Below the pieces are notes generated by a model, which searched no databases, was not told the DNA's origin, and saw only the letters and a list, made by a program, of their open reading frames with translations. A program made the translations under genes and the position numbers. A stretch of 62,221 nt of DNA from Octopus bimaculoides (lineage: Eukaryota): NCBI RefSeq assembly GCF_001194135.2, contig NC_069003.1:29628045-29690265 (forward strand), given 5' to 3'. Each line of letters opens with the position of its first letter. Positions within the stretch are counted from its first letter, which is position 1. Positions 40,567 to 53,368 of the stretch are shown in pieces.

Positions 40567-41836
40567 ATAATTGATGAACGAAATGGAAGATGGATTTAGT
40601 AAGAATCTTTATTCTGCACGACGAGCGTTTCGACCCATCCTGCAGCTGTCCCTTAAGGGTAGGATATTGTGCACCAAGTTGTGTTGCATAAATCGGTGCA
40701 AGCTGTGTCACTTCAGGGTCTCGGTGTAAAAAAAAGTACCTTATTAGATATATTGAGTTCTCCTTGGCATGTTGTTCTCGCTCGTTGTATGTAGGTACAC
40801 TATGCATATGTGTGTGTGTATTTGCTCACCATCGCTTGACACCTTGTGCTAGTGTGTTTAGATCTCCATAATATAGCAGATCGGTGAAAGAGACCGATAG
40901 AATAAGTACCGGTGTTAAAAAGTATGTAGTGGGGTCGATTCGTTCGACTAAAAGTTCTTCAAGGCGATGCTCCAGCATGGCCGCGGTCAAACAACTGAAA
41001 CGAGTGAAGCATTAAAGACATACACAAGATTTACGCAAATCAGAGTTTAAAATACGGACAGTCAGAATTTTGGGCTTAAATCCGAGAAATGGACCATTAA
41101 ATGTGTTTATAAGGAGAAAAATATTGGAAAACATCAGAGCGACGAACAAACGATGAAGGTATTAGATGGTCGTGGATGTTCTAAAAATGACAGCCAAACA
41201 GCCCTTAAATCGCACCAAAATGTTTTTTGTCTTTTTATCATAATCGTATGAATTCCCGTGTAGAAAAAAAATTTGCCAAAATTTTCTGAAAATTCAAAAA
41301 AACAAAAAAGTTGGTGGGAAATAGATATAGGGGGTGCTTAAACCAGATTTCTGCCCCTATTTTTTATAGTATATTTTATATTACAGTCTCGAGTGTCTGA
41401 TGATGGAGATGTCAGTTTTAAAACAGCCATATTTTCAAAGCCTGAAGAATTGCGTATGGTTCTTGGACCTTTCAAAACCCTAAAAGAAGAGGGATGCAAT
41501 GATGTTAAACCCTTAATCAAAATCCACTCGTGTTCAGAAAATATCCATTTGGGTGATTGCGCACTGAAGGTGAGTGTTTTCTCAACGACGCATAAATTTC
41601 TTTTAAATACAAGATACACGATAAAAACTCTAAACTGGCAGAAATGGTGTTGCGTCGAACAAAATTCTCTAGCATTAGGCGAACGTAGATTGAAAATATT
41701 TGTGGAAAGCCGCTCAAGTGTTTTGTATTATTTTTTCCGATTATTTGAATTCGGAGTTCAAATCTAGCTATGATCAATATAACCATTCATTGTTCTAAAA
41801 TCGATAGAATTAGACATCAACCAAGTACTGAACTGC

Positions 41837-41886
<50 letters not shown>

Positions 41887-41938
41887 NNNNNNNNNNNNNN
41901 NNNNNNNNNNNNNNNNNNNNNNNNNNNNNNNNNNNNNN

Positions 41939-41981
<43 letters not shown>

Positions 41982-44900
41982 GAACCCGCGCTTCGCTTCA
42001 ACGTAGGAAATACCTTAAACTGTATCCCTTGCGATACATTTTCAGGCTGTTTACGTTCTGACTTCAAATCCCTTCAAATCTTTCTGAGTTCGATGAAATA
42101 TATAACAGCCAAGTAATGTCGTGGATGTAATCGAGAAGAGCCCTCTCTTCAACAGACGTTTGTGATAGATTGCGATGCATTGGGAAAATCGTTAGTGTGA
42201 AACAAAATAACTGCATTTTCAGTTAAGCCGAGCTCTATGAAGAATATGTGACTCAGGCTCTATGAAATATATACCGACAACATGGCGCAGGTATGACTCT
42301 GTGGTTGAGGAGTTCGCTTAGCAACCACGTGGTTTCGGTTTCAGAACCACTGCGCAGCACCTTGAGCAAGCATCTTCTACTATAGCCCCGAGCTGACCAA
42401 TGCATTGTGAATGAATTGTGAATTTGTGTGGAAGACTGTCATATATATTTATGAATACATGCATGTTTACGGACAGACAGACAGGCATCTTGTATCTGAA
42501 TTGGTATACTGTTATTATTATTTTTTTTTTTTCATCCATGTAGATAAATACGGAGATTATGAATCTGGGATTTATAATTTTTTTTAAAGTTTAATTTTTC
42601 TTAAAGAAACACTCAATGTTGTGTACATAGATGTGGAAAAGTGTAGGTACGTATACGTGAGCAGATGAGTGTGTGCATTAAACTACATGCGTGTACGTAT
42701 GCGTATATAAAAATAGATATAGCTATTTATATATGTCCTTGCGTCTGTCTATCCACTGCTAGACAACCGGTATCGGTTTATTTATGTCCACGTAACTTTG
42801 TGCGTCGGTAAAGAAGAGACAAATGGAATAAGTACGAGACTTTAAAAGATGTCATGGTGTCGATTTGTTCGAAGCCCAAGCGCCCTTCAAAGCGGTTCCC
42901 CAGCATGGCTGCAATCCAGTGACTGGAACCAGTAGACAGCTAAGAAGAAATAGTTTACTATGCCCTTCCTTGAAATGATTCATTGAAACCAGTTTTATCT
43001 ATTTGAACTAATGAGTTTTATTTAAACGCTTTCTTTCTTATAGCTGGCTGTTGATTTCAGAAACAAGATGCAGAAATATTTCGCTGAGAAAATTCCTAAT
43101 CTGGAAAAAATCGATTTGGTGGCTTTACCAGATTATTGCAAAGGTTTGAATTCATTCATATATTTTACATATTTACGATAAATGCAGGCGTGGCTGTTTC
43201 ATTAAAGGGCTTGCTTCCCTTCCAATCACGTGGTATCTTAGGTGCTTTCGACTATAGCCCTAGCCTCAGTAAAGCCTTGTTACTGGATTTTACTAGACGA
43301 AAATCTAAAGAATCACGTCGTATATATATATATATTCTTTACTCGAGCAAATAGACCATGACTTATTCTTTGTAAGCTTAGNNNNNNNNNNNNNNNNNNN
43401 NNNNNNNNNNNNNNNNNNNNNNNNNNNNNNNNNNNNNNNNNNNNNNNNNNNNNNNNNNNNNNNNNNNNNNNNNNNNNNNNNNNNNNNNNNNNNNNNNNNN
43501 NNNNNNNNNNNNNNNNNNNNNNNNNNNNNNNNNNNNNNNNNNNNNNNNNNNNNNNNNNNNNNNNNNNNNNNNNNNNNNNNNNNNNNNNNNNNNNNNNNNN
43601 NNNNNNNNNNNNNNNNNNNNNNNNNNNNNNNNNNNNNNNNNNNNNNNNNNNNNNNNNNNNNNNNNNNNNNNNNNNNNNNNCTTGCTTCCCAGCCACATGG
43701 TTCCGGGTTCAGTCCCACTGTGAGGCACCTTTGGCAAGTGTGACTTCTTTCTAACACGAAATTTCACATTACGGCAAAGTTTCATGAACGCTAGATTTCC
43801 GTGACGCGGTGGACGCCTGGACACATTCTTATTTTTACAATGAAACTGCACACCCTACGTCTGTATTCAAGAGGGAAGACGCGAACTGATATCATAAGTT
43901 CCAATTTTTTTTGTTTTTTTTTTGTAAGCGTGAGCCTTCGTCGCGCGCGCATGCGTGTTTTTCTGTGTAGTGATGTGTATATCTACGTATGATCATCTAC
44001 AAGCTAGCAGCGTCATTCAAATCAGTTGTAAGTATATTTGTATACGGACGTCTCTGTACTTGGATAATGCTTTTGACAAGTGCTTTATTGCAGTCGCAAG
44101 TCAATTTGTATCAATTATTTAATCTAGATATTAGCTCCACTTCCTCAAGTTGTGCTGGTCATAATTACTGCTTGATAATTTAATAATACATATTCTGGAG
44201 ACGGAAATAATTTTAATGAATCAAAAATTTTTGTTGCAAGTTATTTAATATACTTGTATCTGGCTATGGTATTGAAATAGCTACTGTCCACTTAGAATTT
44301 TTTTTTTCTAAGTTCATTTTAGTTTATATTATGCAAATTAACTAAGGCATTATTCTTTTCTACTATGTTTTGTATAAGTCTAAATCTGTTGTCTACTGGA
44401 GATTAAGCCGGTCGTTTGTCGTGCTAATGAACACTTGTCTACAATTCGATAATTATTTCCAGTCATTAAGTTTCTCCTATTCTATTGTGGCATCTCAATT
44501 TAGAAGAAATTCATATATTATGAGATTATCTCTTGTTCTCAAGTGATACTGTTCATAATTGCCGTTTGCTAATTATGTTATGCAAATTATGTGCGCTGTA
44601 GAGACGGAAGTAATTTAAATCAATCAAGAATTCTTGTAAGATATTGGACCGGTATTTGTCTGTGCTATAAAAGTACATGCCACTGGTCATTTCTACGAGG
44701 GAGCGCTGAAAAGTTTCTGGCTTTAAGGATATCGCAAAAGGTCTGGTTGAAGGCCCAACCTTCCGAGTGCTTTTACAAGGATTAGAGAAAGTGAAAAACC
44801 ACTGCATTAAGTGTGTGAATCTGAGAGGGGAATATGTTGAACAAAATCATAATTCACTGATCCTCTTGAATTTTCTTTACACATTTATAATTAAGAGTAT

Positions 44901-47900
44901 CTAAATGATACTATCATGCTAGCAGTCAAATAGATAGCAGTCAAAACTTAACTCTAAAACCACATCAAATATTCATACAGCACCAGGGAATTAGCCATTG
45001 TCAGTACATCTTGTCAGTACACACGCATGTAAGTAGGGAAAGCGAAAAAAAAAACATTAGAAGCAGGATCAGAATAAATAACATACGATAAAAGATTATT
45101 TGAAAGCATTCTCTTAAAGCCGTGCCATATAAGTAGTAAAGTTCATTCTGAAGTGATAGGGTTGGTTTGACGGGAGTATGCAATCCTCTTCTGGTCAAGA
45201 CATCGGTCTGTTTCAAGATTACTCATTTTTGCCAGCTGAGCGAACTGAAGCAACGTGAAATGAAGTGTCTTGCTCAAGATCTGGAATTATCCAATAATAT
45301 TTTGCTAGTTTATTTTGTCACTTTGTCTGCTGGTGCTGTATGAGTATTTGATGTGGTTTTAGAGTCAAGTTTTGGCTGCTATCTCTAGCATGATGGTATC
45401 TTGTAGATACCCATGATTCTAACAATATATACATATTTATATATAACATATATATATATATATATAAAATATATAGTTTTAGGGAAAATAACCAAGTTTC
45501 AAGAACTCATCGATGAAAATCCACTATCACATATAGAAAAATTAATAATTAAAAGCACAATAAATGAGTATAATATAAAGTAAAGTAAATATCATAAGAT
45601 AAATATAATAAAAAGATATACATATATACACAAACTAGCAAGGGGCAGGTAGATGCTTTATACGAAGCAAGCAGGCTCTTAAGTGGGCTAAAACTCGTTG
45701 CCTGATTGGTTATATATATATAAAGTGTAGTATATTGCCACTTAAGTGTGGCTGACCCCTACGGGTGGATGTTACTGTTGCTTTTAGCCCCAGGNNNNNN
45801 NNNNNNNNNNNNNNNNNNNNNNNNNNNNNNNNNNNNNNNNNNNNNNNNNNNNNNNNNNNNNNNNNNNNNNNNNNNNNNNNNNNNNNNNNNNNNNNNNNNN
45901 NNNNNNNNNNNNNNNNNNNNNNNNNNNNNNNNNNNNNNNNNNNNNNNNNNNNNNNNNNNNNNACACTATACATGTGCTGAAATGAGAAGCATGACTGCAA
46001 GCGAAACTATAAGCCCGTTAAAAGTTGTAAATTACACGCTTCCATTAAGCACGCTTCCAGTAAATTTTTCAATTAGCACATGGCCTAATATATATATATA
46101 AAGGCTGTCGACTGGTGAAGGGGCAACAGGGAATAGACAGCAGGAAGCTGTCAGCTGATAACCAATCAGGCAACGAGTTTTAGCCCACTTAAGAGCCTGC
46201 TTGCTTCGTATAAAGCATCTACCTGCCCCTTGCTAGTTTGTGTATATATGTAGACAAATATTATTCAGGGACTATTTTCAGTGGTGGGGAACAATTCTAG
46301 ACTGACAGAGTTAAGGGCCACTTTCTTCTAACATAGTTCAGCATAACTCATGGCACCAGCAGACAAAATGGAAAAGGCGTTGCCGCGGAGGATAGCAAGA
46401 GAGATACTTCGTAAGGAACACACAAAACTTGCGTAGTAGTGGGAGGAGCTAGTTGGCTTCCCTTAGTAGGCGAGCTGACAGAATCGTTAGCCCGCTGGTT
46501 AAAATCCCTTGCGGTATTCGACCCCGGCTTTTTTATATTCTGAGCTGAAATTTCGCCGATGTTAACTTTGCCTTCTATGCTTTCAGGGCTAATAAAATAA
46601 GCACCAATTGAGCACTCGGGCGAATGTAATCGGCTATACCCGTGCAACAAAATTTTCGGGTCTTCTCTCTATAGTAGAAAGAATTATTTAGTTCAAGTAG
46701 ACTGCTAAAGAAAGGTAATACAAGCAGGACTTGCCTTTCCCTCAGGCTTGTATGCACGCACTCTGCGTACTCGACAGACCAGTTTGAAATAAAATTTGAA
46801 TGTAGGAGTGGCTGTGTGGTAAGTAGCTTGCTTACCAACCACATGGTCCAGGGTTCAGTCCCACTGCGTGGCACCTTGGGCAAGTGTCTTCTACTATAGC
46901 CTCGGGCCGACCAAAGCCTTGTGAGTGGATTTGGTAGACAGAAACTGAAAGAAGCCCGTCGTATATATGTTTTTATATATATGTATGTATATATATGTAT
47001 GTGTGTATGTGTTTATGTATCTGTGTTTGTCCCCCCAACATCGCTTGACAACCGATGCTGGTGTGTTTATGTCCCCGTAACTTAGCGGTTCGGCAAAAGA
47101 GTACGATTGAATAAGTACTAGGCTTCTAAAGAATAAGTCCTGGGGTCGATTTGCTCGACTAAAGGCGGTGCTCCAGCATGGCCACAGTCAAAAGACTGAA
47201 ACAAATAAAAGAGTAAAAGAGTAATACACGTAAAACACACGGTAGGGGTCTTTAAAATGTTTTAAAGGCTGTAGGCGTAGATGGTAGGCAGATATTTTAT
47301 ACGTGGCAAGCAGGCTGTTAAGTAGGCTAAACATCTTTGCTGACTGGTTATCAGCTGATGGCTTCCAACAGGCTGTTAAGTTAGCTAAAAATCATTGGCT
47401 GCCTGGTTATCAGCTGATGGCTTCCAGCACTCTGTTCCCTGTTGCTGCTTCGACAGTTGACACTCAAGTGTGTGCATTTGTTCATCTGAAGAATCTCAGA
47501 TGGGGAATCTTTATAATGTTTTTCAAGGTTTACACTGCGCTGCTAATATATTGGGTTTGGAAAATCTGCGGCAGTTTCCTTTGATCTTTCTTCGAAAAAC
47601 CTAAAAATACTAGGCTTTTGAGTAAATCTGTAGGTACGTGGCCGGCCCATGTACCTATAATATATCTGTACGTATATATTCGTACGTATGTAGGAATTTC
47701 AACCATGTTTCGTGGTCTGCTACCACAACAGCTCCTTTATAGGATTCAGTTAGCTGAAGACATCATCAGGAGGAACCACGTCCGGTTTCGGCCCCTACTC
47801 CTCTACCGTTTTGACGTGGCGGGGCCCCTTCTTTCGGAGGTGTCTTCAGCTCTGGTGTTGGGTGCATGTCTTCTTTCACTGTTTGTGACTGTTCTAATTC

Positions 47901-50069
47901 AACTGTGGAATGTCCCTCGCTATGGTTATTTTCCAGGAGGTTCTTGGCCACACGTCTTACGGTTCATCAACCCGCGTTGTTGAATTACTTTCTTCTGGCA
48001 TACCTTCCCTTGGTGGATTAGGATCCAGTTAGCTCAAGACATCATCAGGAGGAACCACGTCCGGTTTCGGCCCCTACTCCTCTACCGTTTTGTATGTATT
48101 TATGTATGTATGTCCTTATTCAGTTTTATTTCAAGATTCTTTGCCAATAGAAAAAGAGCCGGTTTCTAACCTTGATTCAAAGCGCCTTCACTGGAATTGC
48201 AACATCAACAACAGGATATGTATGCATGCATGCATATATCTATGTATCTATGTATGTATGTATGTTTTTTTTTTTATCCAGCTTAATGCTGTTTTTTGCG
48301 TGGGGACAGAAATAATCGGACTGAAAACCCGATCGCGCGGTTAAACCATTGGGAGTGAAGGACCCCTAGCCCTTGTTAGGGCATCCTTCTAGGAAAAGGC
48401 AACTCAGGCAACTGGGATAACTCCGACATAAAACCTGTGGCTCAGTGGTTACCGATGATGTTGAATTGTTCTTCTTTTCGGGTTATGGCTACTGTTGCTT
48501 AGTGAGTGGGATTGGCTCAGTGCNNNNNNNNNNAGTGGTTACCGATGATGTTGAATTGTTCTTCTTTTCGGGTTATGGCTACTGTTGCTTAGTGAGTGGG
48601 ATTGGCTCAGTGCACAGCCTTTCCTCACTTAAAAAAAAAATGTTCTTGCACAGGCATTGCACGATAACAACATGTTAAGCTTCGTGCAATGGCCATACTT
48701 GATAACGAGGGGGCAGCCATCATATATATGTATGTATGTATGTATGTATCTAAAGGTGCAGATGTGTATGTTTTGTTTAATGCATGTCTTCTCATGCGTA
48801 TAGTTGCATATGTAGACATACTCATATTCAATTTCAGAATATTCCAGTCAATATGGTTTGGCATTCTTTCGTGAAAGTTCTTTGTTAGTTTCTGAAGATT
48901 CAACACTCGAAAACCAACTGAAGGTCCTCCAGTCTGTCTCCTCAGTGATGTGTCAACAACTTATTTTTGCTATGTATCCGGAGGTAAGTCATGTATGTTT
49001 TAATAAGGCTGCCAAAAGTCCCTAGTATTTTGAATGGCGTCACTGGTGCCGGTACAGCTTTGCACCAGTATCAACCTTTTTGTTTCCCTTGAATAACACC
49101 AGGGAAGACTGGTATGCATGGCTAACTGCTGGTCTTTCACAAACAACCTCACTCGGATTTGTGCCTCGAAGGGAAACTTTCTAAGTGCAATCCCGTGATC
49201 ACTCATGACCAAAGAGGGTCTTTAACCTAATTTGAACAAGTTTAAAACGATTTTTTTTAAACTTCATTATGCTCCTAATAGTATTCTCGTTAATCTTTTG
49301 ATATCAACCCGACTGAAACCGCCTCTAGCTCTGTACTACAAATGTCGTTTTCAAAAGTTATGAATTATAATCTTCCACAAAAATCTTAGTCACAATTCCT
49401 TTCTAACACGATCTGAGACCCCCTTCGGCCATGACTGACCATGGGATTGCACCTAGAAAGTTACCCTCCCAGGCATAACTCCGGGCAAGGTTGTTTATGG
49501 AAGACCAGCAGTCGCCCATGCATACCGGCCTCCACTCTCCAGTGCTATGCAAGGGAAAGGCAAAGGGGCCGATACAGCTTGGCACCTGTGACGTCGCAAC
49601 TCATTTCTACAACTGAGTGAACTGGAGCAACGAGAATTAAAGTGTCTTGCTCAAGAAGACAACACGCAGCCCGGTCCGGGATTCGAACTCACAACCTCAC
49701 GATCGTAAGCTCGACGCTCTAACCACTGAGCCATGCGCCTTCGCGTTTCTACCACTAGCTTAATGATATCACTACGTTATTTTACTAAATTCTTTGTTAT
49801 GTTTAAGATTAATTGAAAGAAACACTGGGCATGGTAACAAAGGGTTAATGATATTCTATTGAATAATCGATTTTGACTATTTTTACAGAAAAAAGCTTGG
49901 CTCATAGATGGCATACGTAAGTTTTTCAGTTATTTAGTTTTGGATGTGCTGCGTCCAGGCTTCGAATGTCTGAAACAATTTTACGCTGAGGTTACATCAA
50001 AGGCATTAACATTCAATTCGCTGTCCAGTAAAGAGGTGAGCATCTACTCAATTTGCAACCAATTATTTG

Positions 50070-50115
<46 letters not shown>

Positions 50116-53100
50116 NNNNNNNNNNNNNNNNNNNNNNNNNNNNNNNNNNNNNNNNNNNNNNNNNNNNNNNNNNNNNNNNNNNNNNNNNNNNNNNNNNNNN
50201 NNNNNNNNNNNNNNNNNNNNNNNNNNNNNNNNNNNNNNNNNNNNNNNNNNNNNNNNNNNNNNNNNNNNNNNNNNNNNNNNNNNNNNNNNNNNNNNNNNNN
50301 NNNNNNNNNNNNNNNNNNNNNNNNNNNNNNNNNNNNNNNNNNNNNNNNNNNNNNNNNNNNNNNNNNNNNNNNNNNNNNNNNNNNNNNNNNNNNNNNNNNN
50401 NNNNNNNNNNNNNNNNNNNNNNNNNNNNNNNNNNNNNNNNNNNNNNNNNNNNNNNNNNNNNNNNNNNNNNNNNNNNNNNNNNNNNNNNNNNNNNNNNNNN
50501 NNNNNNNNNNNNNNNNNNNNNNNNNNNNNNNNNNNNNNNNNNNNNNNNNNNNNNNNNNNNNNNNNNNNNNNNNNNNNNNNNNNNNNNNNNNNNNNNNNNN
50601 NNNNNNNNNNNNNNNNNNNNNNNNNNNNNNNNNNNNNNNNNNNNNNNNNATCGCGGTTTCGATTCCCAGACCGGGCGTTGTGAGTGTTTATTGAGCGAAA
50701 ACACCTAAAGCTCCACGAGGCTCCGGAAGGGGATGGTGGCGAACCCTGCTGTACTCTTTCACCACAATTTTCTCTCTTTCTTACTTCCTGTTTCTGTTGT
50801 GCCTGTATTTCAAAGGGGCCAGCCTTCTCACACTGTGTCACGCTGAATATCCCCGAGAACTACGTTAAGAGTACACGTGTCTGTGGAGTACTCAGCCACT
50901 TGCACGTTAATTTCACGAGCAGGATGTTCCGTTGGTCGGATCAACTGGAACCCTCGTCGTCGTAAGCGACGGAGTGCCTATCATCGTCGTAAGCATTATT
51001 GTATAACGTATCTTCATCGTACGAACTATTTTAATACGTATGGTCGTCTTATAATTGCGATACGTATTATCAGCGTCGTAAGTATTATGGAGAGTAATAT
51101 CCTTTTCTGCTCTAGAAATTTTGGGGGAAGGGGCCAGTCGATTAGATCGACCCCAGTACGCAACTGTTACTTAATTTATCGACCCCGAAAGGATGAAAGG
51201 CAAAGTCAGTCAAACTCGGCGGAATTTGAACTCAGAAATTAAAGACAGATAAAATACCGCTAAGCCTTTCGCCCGGCGTGCTAACGTTTCTTATTTCTTT
51301 ATTGCCCACAAGGGGCTAAACATAGAGGGGACAAACAAGGACGAAGGGATTAAGTCGATTACATCGACCACAGTGCGTAACTGGTGTTTAATTTATCGAC
51401 TCCGAAAGGATGAAAGGCAAAGTGGACCTCGTCGGAATTTGAATTCAGAACGTAACGGCAGACGAAATACCGCTAAGCATTTCGCCCGTACGCCCGGCGT
51501 GCTAACTTTTCTGCCAGCTCGCCGCCTTTGTCGAAAGTAATATCATAATCATAGCATGATTGTCTTAACTGGGGTTATTGCAAATCCTGTTAATTATATT
51601 CACAGGCTGCACTGAATAAACAAGATGATATAATTCAGAACAAAACAGCTTCTCTGATTGCTATGCTTTATAACTCCCCATATATGCAGGTAAGTAGCTT
51701 CAAATGTCATTGTGTGTGTATGTGTGTGTGCGTGCACGCGCCGCAAGATGGCGTATGTTCCTACGGCTGGAAAAGCTGTAGGAACATACGCCATCACTTG
51801 AGCACGTCCTTCATACTTATATATTCTTGCTTTTGTTGTTAAGTCTCTGGTCAAAACTGATTAATGAAACACAAGCTGAACTGTCGTTTTTCAGATAAGG
51901 TCGTTTAAACCAGGGGTTTTCAAACTTTTTGACTTGCGGACCCCTTTATATTTCAGGCTTTACTTTAGGGACCCCTTTATAAACGCTTATGAAATTTATA
52001 CATAAATATTTGCTTAAAATAACATATATTTTTACATTTATTTATTTAACAGTATTTAACAAATAGGTTTATTGTCAATTAAAAGATTTCGATTAAAAAA
52101 CATATATAAAATCAAATTGCCCCTGGTTTAAACTACAGTATCCGGAGTTTTTTGGGTGGTTTTTTTAAAGATTTCTTTTTGCTCGTTTGAACAACCAGCT
52201 ACTGTTTTTAATAAGAATGACATCACCGTATCTTCTTCATCTTATTCTTCTCCTCCTCCTTTTTTTCTACTTTCTTCTCTTCTCTCCGTCTTCCCTCTTC
52301 TTCCACCTCTTCCTTCTCTTTTTCTTTTCCTTTAATTTTCCTTTTCCTTCTTTTTCTTTTTTTCCTTCTTCTTTTCTTCCTCTTCAGCTTTCTGTCTTGC
52401 TTTCGTTATTTTTTTTGTTTTGTCCTTCCGTCTTCGTTCTTTTTTTATTCGTTCGTCATCTTCTCTTTCTTCCTCTTTCTTCTCTCTATTTGACCACCAG
52501 CTTGTTGTTTCTCTTTCTTGTTTTCTTTTTCTTCTTTTAACCCAAATACTTATTCTGCCGGTCTCTTATGCCGAACCGCTAAGTCATGGGATGTAAACAC
52601 AAAAACACCAGTTGTGATTGGGAAGCCAGCTTCTTACCACATAGCCACGCCTACGCCTAAATTACTGTTTTCCTCTAATTTTATTTTTCATTTATTTTTG
52701 TTTTGTTTTGTTTTTTTTTTACCAATTTATCTTCGACGATATTAGAACCGTGTGGCTGGTGTAGACAATGAATCAGAATGCAACGTTTTGGAGGTAAGTT
52801 TTTAAACTCGAATTTCAATTATGGTTGTAAAAAGAAAATAATAATCGAAGTCCATCTTGTCTCGTTTATAACTAATTTATTTATCACAGATCCGGAATAA
52901 CACGGTATGTTCAATTGTGAACCGTGTTACGCTTATCACGAATTGATCTGTAACGATACTCATCTCGAGAAGAGACATGCAACAATCCTCCTATAATCCC
53001 CTCCCTTAAATATGCTGACCTTTGAACCAAAATTTGAAATCATTGTTATTGTTGCTGTTATTGTTACCATTGTTGTTTTTGTTATTATTGTGTCCATTCT

Positions 53101-53325
53101 ACTATTTTTGTCAATTAGGAATTCGTGGACCAACTCGAAACTGGTGAGTGGTGTCCGCCATTCAATTTATTTGTTCATCCAGATTGCGAGGAAAGTTTTG
53201 AATCTTGGACAAACCAATCTTCGTTTCCTCTAGTCAAGGTAATTCTTTTATTCTTTTACATGTTTCAGTAATTTGACTGTGGCCATACTGGAGCACCACC
53301 TTTAAGTTGAATATATTAAATCATA

Positions 53326-53368
<43 letters not shown>

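Noticed and set aside
44641-44672. Possible small exon DIGPVFVCAIK
   Set aside because: Weak splice sites, no M1 similarity, and not needed by the in-phase model.
45972-46020. CTGAAATGAG...GCGAAACTATAAG, possible hammerhead inside the inverted repeat
   Set aside because: The core is not CUGANGA and stems I and III do not pair; at best a decayed relic.
46360-46410. Candidate active-site exon (..RRIAREIL|GTAAGG), giving REILL-x18-D
   Set aside because: There is an in-frame TAA just upstream, and exon 48838-48983 aligns far better to GAMEN..HELAH and joins exons 7 and 9 in phase.
47741-48092. Hammerhead-like words (GAAACC..GGUU, CUGAUGA) on the minus strand of the 73-nt repeat
   Set aside because: Only 4 nt lie between the cleavage site and CUGAUGA, and neither stem I nor stem II can form, either in cis or between repeats.
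48445-48612. 79-nt tandem duplication
   Set aside because: Identical copies flank a 10-N gap, so it is an assembly artefact.
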